DNA of 60,084 bases, the filler included, from Dugesia japonica (Eukaryota), in the NCBI GenBank assembly GCA_001938525.1. It is 5 parts of 5 records of this genome, joined end to end, with 100 filler letters (N's around TTAATTAATTAA, not from the genome) between each part and the next. Parts side by side here need not be neighbours in the genome. Positions count along the whole stretch, not along the records: positions 1 to 13,970 come from MQRL01647623.1; positions 14,071 to 25,753 come from MQRL01577785.1; positions 25,854 to 35,222 come from MQRL01551076.1; 2 more parts are not named here. One strand, 5' to 3'. A program made the position numbers and the translations under genes. This document shows positions 13,495 to 25,855 of this stretch, one piece after another. Within the stretch, counting starts at the first letter, position 1. Every line of letters begins with the position of its first letter. The notes under the pieces were generated by a model. It worked only from the letters and a program-made list of their open reading frames with translations, had not been told where the DNA came from and did not search any database.

Positions 13495-13739
13495 GGTTTA
13501 AAACTGCTACTCCAACTCGTGTTTTATGTGTACCAAGATGCTCTAAAGAACACCACTGTCTCAATATTGGATGATAAACTTCCATATTAACTTGATTGCC
13601 GTTTTGAAATGATCCACCAATTACAAAAATAAAACCATAAAGAGAATTTTGCAAATACCTTGGTCTAAAATTATGTGGTTCCAAATTTCGCATTTGTTGT
13701 GGTAAAATAAGAAAATCTTTAGTTGCATCCAAAACATTA
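13495..13739 (-). CDS. klhl18: internal exon of a Kelch-like (BTB-BACK-Kelch) gene, most similar to KLHL18
   Basis: ttttcag| acceptor and |gtaaga donor. Encodes LDATKDFLILPQ..FRPR..GFIFVIGG..EVYHPILRQW....TRVGVAVLN, i.e. the BACK-Kelch linker, Kelch repeat 1 and the start of repeat 2. The orthology call is by eye. Confidence 0.8.
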
Positions 13740-13970
13740 CTGAAAACAAACTATGAAATAATTGAATGAAAAACATCAAAATTAAATTAAACCCAATGGT
13801 TATTTAAAAATTTATATAGAAAACAAAATTTCAATACAATGTAATATTAATCCTTCACAGTAGCGTAGCCAGGAATATAAGAAGTATTAAATAATGAAGT
13901 CATTAGCTGATTCTTTAAAGTACGGAGACAACGTATAGGACATCAGAATAAAATAAATAATAATATAACA

Positions 13971-14070
13971 NNNNNNNNNNNNNNNNNNNNNNNNNNNNNN
14001 NNNNNNNNNNNNNNTTAATTAATTAANNNNNNNNNNNNNNNNNNNNNNNNNNNNNNNNNNNNNNNNNNNN
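13971..14070. other. artificial scaffold spacer (N44-TTAATTAATTAA-N44)
   Basis: Exactly 100 bp with a six-frame-stop linker; four identical copies in the window. Confidence 0.95.
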
Positions 14071-14199
14071 AATTACATCACTAATCGGCGGGGGGGGGTT
14101 CACTGAATGTGTGCAGAGGTTTACTCCCACTATCCATCTACTATGATATCTATTGATATTATTCAAAGTTTGATTAGCGTTTGGATGACCTAATCGACC

Positions 14200-14736
14200 G
14201 TGAAAATATTTTAAAATATCATTGATTTTTTTGTCGTGATCTTTTGGGTATCTTTTAATTCATTAATTTGTCAATAACCTGCATCATTTGAATAGCTTTT
14301 GTTAGACTTTGACATTTCGTCCAGTTTTTGGTTCAATATCTTTTATTTCACATTGTTTGCACTGGAATTCTCTAAAAAAGTGGTTGAATTTATTTGATAT
14401 AATTCAAATAACTTTGTCTTCAGCCGTTCAAAATTTGATTTATTAGATTTAAACTCTGGAATTGATCGGACTTCAAAAAATGCTTCTTCTTTTAAACTTT
14501 TCAATAATTTCTCTGAGCGTTGTGTTGGATCCACGATTTTTTATTCTTCGGTAAATTTTTCGAATTCGGTAAATGTAAATGTTTTCGAAAACATCTTTTT
14601 TTCATTTAACCGGTCGATAAGGTCCTCCAGTAATGATCGTGATGCCATGTTATTGTAATTAAATAAGGAAACTTGATTTTACTAAAATTTATTTAAAATC
14701 TACACAAATTAATTAATATTATTAAAACACATATCA
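14200..14736 (-). mobile_element. Gypsy 5' end: short LTR (14648-14736), PBS-like TGGCATCACG, gag-like fragment
   Basis: The LTR ends ...AACA and is followed immediately by TGG. ORF 14534-14343 follows. The LTR is ~94% identical to 15793-15879 in inverted orientation. Confidence 0.75.
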
Positions 14737-14739
14737 CAA

Positions 14740-15879
14740 AAGTATTTGAATTAGTAATATTGACTCAAAGGACTGTTTAATTAAATGTAAGAATCGACTA
14801 GAAAAAAGTGAACAAATTGTATGTGTTGATCTGGAACACCAAAAATGGTGAAATAAAATTGCGATATAGTGGGACCACTACCAAATTGCGAGAAATATTC
14901 ATATATTTTAGGAATCATNGATGTATTTTCTAGATAAAAAGCGTTAATACAATTGAAGGATATTTCTGCAAAGACAGTTACCGTTAAATGATATTTGAAC
15001 GATGGATAGCGTACTTTGGTATTCCGATGATAATTCATTCTGATTACGGAACACAATTTAAATCAGAAATAATGAAGAAATTGTGTAATAAATTACAAAT
15101 AAAGCAAGCATTTTCAGTACCATATTATCATCAGGGTAATGGGCTTATAGAACGTGTATTTAGCACAGCCGAAAAACAAATTATATGCATCTTGTAAGTC
15201 ACATAATCAATCGTGGGTTAAAGCTATTCCTTTTGTTGAACTAAGTTTGAGATCATCAAATAACAAAAATGGGAGGTCTCACCTTATGCAATTCTATTTG
15301 GAATAATGATGGATTTGAAACCAGATATTTTGACTGCAAATATAGAAATTGACAAGATGAATTTTCAGAACAACTTTAAAAAACAAAGGAAGAGAATTAC
15401 AGAAAAGAAAAAATAGATTACAAAAACATAAAGCAGAAAATAATAATACTACGTTAAAGATTGGAGATTAGGTAATGGTAAAAACAGAAAATAGAGGGTT
15501 TCTTTAAAATATATATACAGGAACGTGGATGGTAAGGAAGTTTCTCAGTAATTATCATTTAGAATTAGATGATGGAATGAAAGTAATTCGAAGAAATCTT
15601 CACCAAGTAAAACGATTCCACGGAGAATTCAGATATAAAAAAATGGTTGAAGAATCAATCATTAGTGCCACACAACAGTGATATAAAACGTGTTCTTATA
15701 GACAACTCAAAAACCATTCAAAAGCGATATCCAACGAGAGAGAGGAAGTGAAATCCAAAATATATGATCAACTCTTAAAAGAAAGGGAATTCTGATGTGT
15801 TTTAATAGTATTAATTAATTTGTGTAGATTTTGAATAAATTTTAGTAAACTCAAGTTTCCTTATTTAATTACAATAAAA
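14740..15879 (+). mobile_element. Gypsy 3' end: integrase remnant, PPT and short 3' LTR (15793-15879)
   Basis: DIVGPLP..YILGIxDVFSR, ERWIAYFGIPMIIHSDYGTQF, PYYHQGNGLIER. A purine tract AAAAGAAAGGGAA precedes the TG-starting LTR. Confidence 0.88.
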
Positions 15880-15946
15880 ACTTTATTCTTATTNNNNNNN
15901 NNNNNNNNNNNNNNNNNNNNNNNNNNNNNNNNNNNNNNNNNNNNNN

Positions 15947-16010
<64 letters not shown>
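15947..16010. repeat. (TTA)n microsatellite
   Basis: Perfect trinucleotide run beside an N gap. Confidence 0.97.
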
Positions 16011-16011
<1 letters not shown>

Positions 16012-16669
16012 TTTATCACTTTTATTATTTTAGAGCTATTTTGTATTTGGCTACTATTTATTCTATAACCACACTGAAAGAAATACTATGGTTATTAGTT
16101 AAATTCAAAACCTCACAACTCTCCATCAGATTTTATTTATTATCACGAGTATTTTGATTAAAGAAAAAAAGATGAAGAATAATCCATAGTATTCAAACAA
16201 ATAATCTCAATTTCAATTTTTAATTAAATATTTAAAAAATATCGATTTTAATTTTACAAAAATAATTTTACTTTACATATATTTTTATTTATTTTTTCAA
16301 CAGAATTTCTTCAAAATAATTTGTATACTTTTATAATTTCGCCTAATATAATATATAGAAATTATTTAAATAATTTGCATTTAAAAATGTTTTATATTTT
16401 AAAAATCTGTTTTTACTTTTTTAGAATAATATTTGAATGTTTCAAAAAATAAATTTTAGTATAATTTAATATAATATATACCAAATTAAAAAATTTCCCA
16501 GATATTTTAAAATCTATGAATAACTCTTACAATGATAATTGATTTATTAGAAATGAAAAATTTTTGAAGCATTGATTCAATGGAAAAATTTCATATGGTT
16601 AAAAATAATGTTTGAGGCTCATCATTTGTAAAATTGTAAAGATTATGATTTGGAAATTCACTCCAAAGG

Positions 16670-17070
16670 TATAAAAATGCGTAAGTTCCCGCGAGAAAAA
16701 CAAACATTTTATTACTAATGCTTTATTATTTTTATTATATGCTTTCATATGGAAATGCTTAATGCACAATGCTTTAACTTTCTGATGGTCTTTTATTTGA
16801 AAAATGAAAAATAATTCACTCGTAAAAAAAGATAAAATATAATAATGCGTGTAAAAATAATAAAAAATTAATTGTTTACATTAAATTATGAAATTTACAC
16901 GATTAAAAATAAAAAATTAATTTGATGTCAACTGAAGTATGAAAAGTCACTTTTAAAGTGACAAAGTTAATTGTTTACATTAAGCTGTGAAAATTGGCGG
17001 CAAGAGTGAAAATGTTTACAAAGACTGTTGTTTATACAGTGAAGTGTGAACAGTAATTACGTCACTTCTT
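16670..17070. repeat. interspersed repeat with reiterated TGTTTACA / GTGAAAA motifs (related to 34430-34800, inverted)
   Basis: The reverse complement aligns by eye with 34430-34800 at both ends (gaagtgacgtaattactgttcacacttc vs gaagtggtgcaatcaccgttcacgcttc). Confidence 0.6.
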
Positions 17071-17574
17071 GGTCATGTACATGCGTATCAATCTACTTTA
17101 GTTTAAAAAAAACATTTAAAAATTTTATTCAAAACACTTACAAAACAATTACAAATCTCTTTTGCTGACACCCAAGGAACCTCAGTTTTGGAACCACTAA
17201 CGGAGTCGGTTATTATTGATTTTTAGAAAAAATTCTTTTGTTCTGGTTAATAATTATTTACAATTAACCTTTTATCGTATTTGTAGTTGAATTTTACATA
17301 TTCCTGTGGTTTACTTTCGGTTCTAAATCGTTTTCATTAATTTAGTTTATAATTGTATACTAAAAATATTTATTTCATATATTAAGATTGATTAACAATT
17401 GAATATAAACACTAAAATATTATTATTCGTATTGCAAAATATCATTTGTAGAATTTTTAGTTTGCAAAATTTTAATAATCAAATTCTCAAATGAAGTATT
17501 ACTTAATTTTATTTAGTTAGTGATTATTTATTATGATTATATATCATTTATTATACAAGTATTGATAAATTACA

Positions 17575-18462
17575 GATTATTATCAACATGCTATTTGATT
17601 GGTGAACTCAATGATCATTTTAGAAATGATGCCACACTATCTGTGTATATTGAGTTCATTCCAGCATCAAATCAAATAATTTTAGATACTATCGATACAA
17701 AAAATAATACTTTACAAATCAAAACTGGAAATAATTTTATCTTTAATAAACAAATTGAATGCTATTTTAATGGATGGATTTTCTATCAAACTGCAAAGAC
17801 TTGTTAAAATTAATAAGCATATAATATTAAATTAATTAGTTTCTTATAGATACTATGGATGGTAAAAATATCTGCAAGATTTTTCTTTATTTACATTTTG
17901 ATAATAATAAATTATGGTATTCAAGCAAACATCTTTCAAATGTATTTCAAAAAAACAAAACCAAATCTGGTAATTTTATTAATATAAATTATTGATCAAT
18001 AATTAATATTAAGAATTTATTGATCAATTCAATATTGATTGGCAATATGAAATGCAAACAAGTAAAACAATATTTGTAATTGGAAATTCTATCAAAAATT
18101 CTAAATCAATTAAAAATGTCAATCAATTATCGAGAAATAAATTTTCCTGCTGTCTGAATGAGTTTAAAATGAATGAGAAACATGTGAAATTCAAACAATA
18201 TGGAAATAATTTTTCACCATCTTGTTGGCATGATTTACCAGAGATTGTTTGTGGTAATCTCAATTCTAGTCGAAAAATAATTTCATTCTATTTTCTTGAT
18301 TGCACATTGTCATCAATTAGTACAAATATGTTTTGTTATCAAGGTAATTGTTTTTTAACTATGGAAATCTTTGAAGTTATAATTTCGATATAAATAGAAA
18401 TTTTGTTAAACCTAATTATATCACTGTTTTGATGTAAACCATTCCTAGATTATTGATATTAA

Positions 18463-18523
<61 letters not shown>

Positions 18524-21500
18524 NNNNNNNNNNNNNNNNNNNNNNNNNNNNNNNNNNNNNNNNNNNNNNNNNNNNNNNNNNNNNNNNNNNNNNNNNNNNN
18601 NNNNNNNNNNNNNNNNNNNNNNNNNNNNNNNNNNNNNNNNNNNNNNNNNNNNNNNNNNNNNNNNNNNNNNNNNNNNNNNNNNNNNNNNNNNNNNNNNNNN
18701 NNNNNNNNNNNNNNNNNNNNNNNNNNNNNNNNNNNNNNNNNNNNNNNNNNNNNNNNNNNNNNNNNNNNNNNNNNTCATCGGATCATCAACATCAAAATTC
18801 AACTACATAAAATTTATTTCAAATAAAAACTATATCCAACCCTATTTGTGTTTTTAAACAAATTATAATCCCATGTTTTAATTGGTGATCGTTTCTCAAA
18901 ATTATTTAAAATATATTTAAAGTCATTCAATTTTTAAAACAAATGTTCACTTTATATGAAGTTTAGAAAACTTGAACAATTGCGCAATGGTCAGGGAAAC
19001 ACAGAGATGGTTAGATTTACAGAGTTCTTNNNNNNNNNNNNNNNNNNNNNNNNNNNNNNNNNNNNNNNNNNNNNNNNNNNNNNNNNNNNNNNNNNNNNNN
19101 NNNNNNNNNNNNNNNNNNNNAAGCTTTAGCGTGTTCGGTGCAGTGTTGTCACAAAAAGACGAATATGTAAAAGAAAGGGTGGTTGCGTACGGTTCACACG
19201 CGATGTCTAATCATAAGAAGGGTTATTGTAAAGCCAGAAAAGAAATGCTAGCAGTTTATTATTTCTCCTTACATCTTAAACATTATCTCTATGAAAAACG
19301 TTTCATACTGAGGATATATAAGCCCAATCTCTAATAATTATAATTACACGGTATTAAAAATTAGTAAATAATAATTATTCAACCATGGAAAAGAAGGTCA
19401 ATTTGATCAATTATCTTTGATCTTCCTTTTAAAAAACACGCTGGCTGGAATAATAATACAAGAGTACGATTTTTNNNNNNNNNNNNNNNNNNNNNNNNNN
19501 NNNNNNNNNNNNNTGTCCTTCGATATCATTTGGTTGTAAGTATAAATAAGTTTTATCTACAATGTTTTGAACCATTTTCGTCTCTATAGTTTTCAAAAAG
19601 TTTGTAATGGGCACCTTCTTGACCACTAATTTTGGAATTTATACAAATGTATGTATGTATATTTGAATCTAAATTGTCTTGATTCTNAATTTTCATCCAA
19701 TCTAAACATTGATACGTTATTCTCCACATCATTTTCAAAATTTGATTCAATAACTGCATCTTCATCAGAAAAATTTTTTGAAATCATCCATAATGAAAGC
19801 TTAATGACACAAAATATAAAATTCTGTCACAATATACTGTAATTATTCTTCAGTATTCAACTAATGACAACGAACAAAGTTCAGCATGGTCTCTATATAA
19901 AATTTGAAGCTCCAAAACATTTCATAGTTTATAAAAAAATATTTAAGAAATTTTAATTCGCGAACAACACTTTTTTAACTTTTTTGAATATTTTCAACTT
20001 CAGCAAATGCCTGTCAATAATAATATTCAACAATTTTCTGTATTTTTCTTGTTATTTCCAAGTTTCATTGTTCTAGAAATTTCTTGAAAAATAAAATAAT
20101 TTCCTGATTATACTTGGAGTAGGTGTGTTATTATGTGATATATTGTTTATAAAAACAGTTTCCATTTTTGTACATCTTTTATAAGGTGTCCTTTATTCGT
20201 TTGATTTTTTATTATTTCTAACACTTCTAGATATTTTACAAATTATAGTTGTTATTCTTGAAAATTACAAGTTTTATCAAAGAAATTTATGCAATAAAAT
20301 TAACTTATTATAAATCCTTATAAATTTATTATTATTGGGATAAATTTTTATTATTCCAAAAGTGAAAGTGGATCAAAGTCCNNNNNNNNNNNNNNNNAAC
20401 CCAATAATTGTCGGATTCGATACGGTATTGTTTTAGTATTTAATAATAAATATATTTAATAATATTTAATATTTAATCTTTTATAATATTTTCATAATAT
20501 TTAATGTTAATAATACGTCATAAATATTTAATAATAAACACATGACAGGTGACTGAAACAACATACCTTTAATTTGGTATTACAATTTCTTATTCAATTT
20601 TCAGCATAAATTTATAGTATATTAATATACATAATATCCGTTGTTTGTTTGTCTGTAGGGAAGTAGCACTTCAGTTAAACAAAATATTAAAAAAAACAAT
20701 GAATACACTTTATAGAAAATTAAAGACAAAATTATTAATTGAAAATAATCGAAATTATTTGTCTAAAAATAACAGAAACTATAATATTGATAATAAATCT
20801 AATCACAAATTGAAAAATTTATACATATTTTACCTGGAAGTCAAGATAATAAACAAATTATTAAAGTAAAATATGACTCCAAAAATTTAAATAGAACATT
20901 AATTACAATTTATTAATTGCAAATATTATTTTTTACTGTAAGAAATTAGAGTTGGGNNNNNNNNNNNNNNNNNNNNNNNNNNNNNNNNNNNNNNNNNNNN
21001 NNNNNNTTATAGAAAATTAAAGACAAAATTATTAATTGAAAATAATCGAAATTATTTGTCTAAAAATAACAGAAACTATAATATTGATAATAAATCTAAT
21101 CACAAATTGAAAAATTTATACATATTTTACCTGGAAGTCAAGATAATAAACAAATTATTAAAGNNNNNNNNNNNNNNNNNNNNNNNNNNNNNNNNNNNNN
21201 NNNNNNNNNNNNNNNNNNNNNNNNNNNNNNNNNNNNNNNNNNNNNNNNNNNNNNNNNAAATTAATCTTCAAATTTAGTAAATTTCGAAATTATATGGAAT
21301 TTAATATTAATCTATTACAAATATGTAATATTATGAATGTTTGAAACAGTTGACGAACATATCTATTTAATTGATTTCCTACGCCTCTATGCAAATTTGT
21401 CAGAAAAGTCGAGTTATAAAGGTTAATATATAAGTATTTTTTCAAACAATTATAAAATTTTTAAACTAACAAAATTTCTCTTACAAACCGTAATTTGAGA

Positions 21501-22946
21501 ATTTTGTAATTATTTGTATTTAGTTAATATTTCATTTACATATAAACTAACATAAAAATCAAAAGAATNNNNNNNNNNNNNNNNNNNNNTTTTCTAATTT
21601 GATTTCAACCGAATGTTCATGAATTTACGTGATTGAATATGTAAACCATTTGATCTCATTTCTGAAATTATCGTTTTGGCATACAAATTAATGATAAATA
21701 AACTGTCATAAATATCGAAAGAGTATACATGACATTCATAAATATAAACCATTCTTTTAGGTACTACAATATTACATTTAGATTAGGTTAAGTAAAGTGT
21801 AAACACGTAATTTGATTGCTAAATGTCTCATTCTAAAATAAAATTTACACTTGGGCAATTATTTTTGCCTGAAGACACGCGTACTATTGAATACCGATCC
21901 GCCTTACATAATGTATGTTATCCACCCTCTTCCATTTCATGTATTTTGTTATAGTATCATTATTTATTTTATAGATTTCATTATAAAGCCTGAACAAATT
22001 CACCCGTATAAAGTTGTTACCAATAAGATTTATGAGAAAACTATAAAATTAATATGGAAACCAGCATTATCAACAAATCAGTGTTTATTAGAAATTATAA
22101 CAAAGTATGAAGTTATGTGTTTATTTAATAATATTTATGGAAGTTTTAGAGATAATTCTATAATTTTGTTCCACAAAAACAAATTGAATGAAATAATGAT
22201 GGTAATTAAACATTCACAATCTGNAATNGATGAAAATAAAATATTATGTAAAATATATACNAATTTGAATCATATTTTAATGTTAAAATTTCATTTTCAA
22301 AAGATAGAAATTCAGGTTATTTATTTGTTTGGTAAATAAATGCATAAATAAATTAATAACATTCTTATTAATTGGTTTATCCAAATATTTGTAAATAATT
22401 ATCATTTATAATTGTAAATTAAAATTAATTTAATAAATAATTAATTAGATTTATTTGGATTAATTACATTTTTTATTAACTAACTTAATTATTAATTTAC
22501 ATGAATTGTTATTTTCTTTTTTATACATATTTTACGGTTTGTATTTACATTAATATATGCATTTAAATTTATTTGATATGTTCAATATTCTACTACTCCA
22601 TAATTATAAATAATCTCTAATTACGCCGACTTTTCCAATATTTTTATATTGTAAATATTTATTAAAGTCTCATAATTTTAGATATCAAATGGTATTGAAA
22701 ATAAAGTAATCCATTCATCATTTGAATTTATTCCTCAATATATATTTGTTGGTATTGGTTCACAACTTAATAATTGCACCAGTTTAGATGNNNNNNNNNN
22801 NNNNNNNNNNNNNNNNNNNNNNNNNNNNNNNNNNNNNNNNNNNNNNNNNNNNNNNNNNNNNNNNNNNNNNNNTGTATTTACAACTTTTCAATTTTATTAA
22901 TTTAAAATATCTCAACCAAACAACAATTCAAAAATCGTTTTATGAA
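17575..22946 (+). CDS. multi-exon gene for a divergent, probably extracellular protein with an FN3-like domain (partial, gapped)
   Basis: AG/GT-bounded blocks at ~17575-17801, ~17850-17969, ~18013-18343, ~21974-22315 and ~22682-22946. The 21974 block reads IIKPEQI..KIYEKTIKLIWKPA....IITKYEVMC, an FN3 W..P....Y pattern. Linkage and phases are not fully resolved. Confidence 0.5.
18464..18523. repeat. (TTA)n microsatellite
   Basis: Perfect run leading into an N gap. Confidence 0.97.
18960..19334 (+). mobile_element. Gypsy pol fragment (RNase H)
   Basis: GAVLSQKDE..ERVVAYGSHAMS....YC..RKEMLAVYYF..HLKHYLY..RFILR. Confidence 0.88.
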
Positions 22947-24249
22947 GTAAGTATTTATTTTAACAAAAAAATGTTACAATTCTTTCTATAATAAAAATTA
23001 ATTGAAAATTTGTTCTAATCGATGTTGGTACTCTTTAATTTATTAAAATATTTATTTAAATTGAAGAGAATAAAGGTTAGAGGTGTACGCATCATGATGT
23101 ATGCATCATTGGAACATAACAGTATTTTGAGTACTTAGAAAATCATTGCTTTGAAAGAAAGCTATCAGAAGCACATGCATTTTATATAATTAATATTAGA
23201 CTAAATTATTAATTAATAAATTTAAAATAGTAAAAATCTTTTTAATTTTTTAAATTAGCATTTTTGGTGATATTTTTAAAACCTTATTCGGGAGGATTAA
23301 AACAAATTAACAAATATTTGTTTTTATAAATATGAAAAATTTTAACGATAATTAAAAATTAATTTTATAGTTTCAATGATGTTTGTTAGGTGAGTCTGAG
23401 ATGGTAACCATATAATTTTAGAGTTTTTTTATTTATTAAAAAATTAAAGAAAAACATTTATGTGGATTTTTTTCAAATAGATTAAATAAGCTTAACAATT
23501 TAAAATTCAACTTTAATTTGAAGAGCTTTTTAAATAAAAAATTTAAAAATTATATTCGATATTATATTTAATTTTTATCTCGTTTATTATAAAATTTTTA
23601 AATATTTTAAAATTAATTCTTATTTTAATACTTATTTACTCTCAATTTAATAATTTTATTCTCTTATATAAAATTTCACCATAGCATTTATGTTAAAATT
23701 TAATAAAATAAGTACGTATTCTAAAATGAAATATTATTTAAAAATTATTTCATTACTCTCAATTTATTAATTTTATTGTTTCTGCGTTCTTAATCTTAAA
23801 ACTTTATTCGGGAATTTTTTTTCATTTATTTTAAAATTTATAAAATTCAACTTTTTAAAAATTAACTTGATTCTTATTTTCAAAATCAAAGCTGAAATAT
23901 CAAAAAATTTGTCTATGCCATTAATATTTTCTTAACATGTTAGTTGTCATATTGTACCATACAGGAGCACCACAGTCCCTCTAGACAATGAAAACAAATT
24001 TGAAAAGTAGTTCAGTGTGTAACAATAAAATTGAACGAAAAAATATTTAACACACGAAAATGGTTCAGTATTGACCAATTAGATTGTAGGATAATATAAA
24101 ATAATAATAAATAATAAAAATTAAATAACTAAAGATAAACATTAAAAAATAAAAAATAAATTAAAAATAACTTTAACAAATATTTCAAATTTTATTGTTC
24201 AACAATTAGAAACATTTTTTACCAAAATTGTACAGCAGAAAAGTTTTAT

Positions 24250-25753
24250 TTAAGTAGGTATGTTAGGTAAATCTTCAATTGGTAATTCATTTTCCAAATC
24301 AAAACTAAGATTTTGGGACATCATTTATTTTACTATTACAACTCTGCTATTTATAAATAATTATCATTGAAAAGAACTGATTGAAACTTAGTGCTGAATC
24401 AACTCAATTTCTATTGGCTAAAAATATTAAATAATAGTTATCTTCTCATATCCCCATTCTTAAGAAACTTCTAAGTTTTTCCACATTTCTTTCTAATCGC
24501 TGTCCATTATCTCCTTGTACCGCATACCGTCTTTCGTGAATGCTCTCAATTATACGATAAGGTCCTTTAAATCTGTCTTCACTTTTATTTCTTGTTTCTA
24601 TCTTAATGAGTACAAAATCGCCTACTTTGAATTCTTTATTTGTATTCTCATCTCAAGTATTTTTTTAGTTTTACCGGAAACGTCTTACTCATACCATTTT
24701 TCTCTACTAATCTTCTTTCCAAATACGATTTTAGCTGAGCTCACTCCAGTCGTCTTCTGATTTGTTGCACTCATTGCTAATTCTATTTCCGGTAAAAGAT
24801 CTGCACAATCTGTTGTTTTTCTTTCCTGAAGTGTTGCATTAATCAAATCTTAAATTGTTCTGAACTGTCTTTCAATTTGTCGTTTGCATTATGATGATAT
24901 GGACTCGAAAAGCAAAGTATAGTATCTAACTTCAGTTCAAATCTCTCATAACTTTGAATTCAAAAGCTTTTCCACAATCAAGTCTTATTTCTCTTGGACA
25001 TTCAAATCTCAATATCCACTTTTCAAAAATAGCTTTTCGTATTGTTTCCTCGTTTTGTTTAGGCAATGGTATAAGAACTAGATATTTACTGTACTGGTCG
25101 ATTATTCCAAGAATGTATGTTTTTCGTCCACTTGATTCCCGCATTGACCCACATTTATATGTGAATATGACTTCAAATAAATTTGTAGCTTCTAATCTCT
25201 TTGTCTTCTCTTTAGTTGCTGTCATCACTACTTTGATCTTCTGACAAATTTCACAACTACGAACTATTTTCTGTATTTGGCTCCACAAATTCTTTGCAAT
25301 GTATTTGCTTCTCATGTATTCCAACACCTTTTAAATTCCTGTATGACATAATAATTTATGTATTTCTTCGATTGTCTTGTGTATTTTGTCCTCCGAAATT
25401 TTTATTTTCTTCATTAAATCTGTGTCCTCAGAAATGTTTAATTGCTCTTTTTTTTCTTTTTCAAGCATGTTTAGTATTCCCGTTTTAATTTTCTCTTTAT
25501 TGGCACCTTCATGTGACATTTGGCATTGTACACATATCTCACATCTTGGTCTAGATAACATATCTGTATTACCATGTTGAATTCCTTTTCTATATTACAA
25601 AACCATGTCTAGACTACTCAGATGATTAATCCATGTATGGAATTGCGATGTAATTGGTTTCTTCGTCGTCATCATGAAGGTTAGAGCTTTATGATCTATT
25701 CTAAGAGTAAATCTTCTACCGTACAAGTAATGTTTGAAATGCATACAGAAATA
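24250..25753 (-). mobile_element. Gypsy 3' portion: RNase H end, integrase, PPT and probable 3' LTR
   Basis: HFKHYLYGRRFTLRIDHKAL, HHCC finger (LCHTG..CEICQK), YILGIIDQYSK, PREIRLDCGKAFE. PPT AAGAATGGGGA at ~24451-24461. Confidence 0.9.
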
Positions 25754-25853
25754 NNNNNNNNNNNNNNNNNNNNNNNNNNNNNNNNNNNNNNNNNNNNTTA
25801 ATTAATTAANNNNNNNNNNNNNNNNNNNNNNNNNNNNNNNNNNNNNNNNNNNN
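25754..25853. other. artificial scaffold spacer (N44-TTAATTAATTAA-N44)
   Basis: Same 100-bp linker. Confidence 0.95.
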
Positions 25854-25855
25854 AC

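Noticed and set aside
18416-18857. Poly-Asn, poly-Leu and poly-Ile ORFs (also 56780-57076)
   Set aside because: Translations of (TAA)n microsatellites and N gaps.
19429-20080. Minus-strand ORF pieces as upstream BTB/BACK exons of the Kelch gene
   Set aside because: No convincing BTB or BACK motif, and they lie on a different assembly block.
20710-21163. Exact ~157-bp direct duplication (20710-20866 / 21007-21163)
   Set aside because: The second copy is an island between N gaps; most likely a gap-filling artefact.
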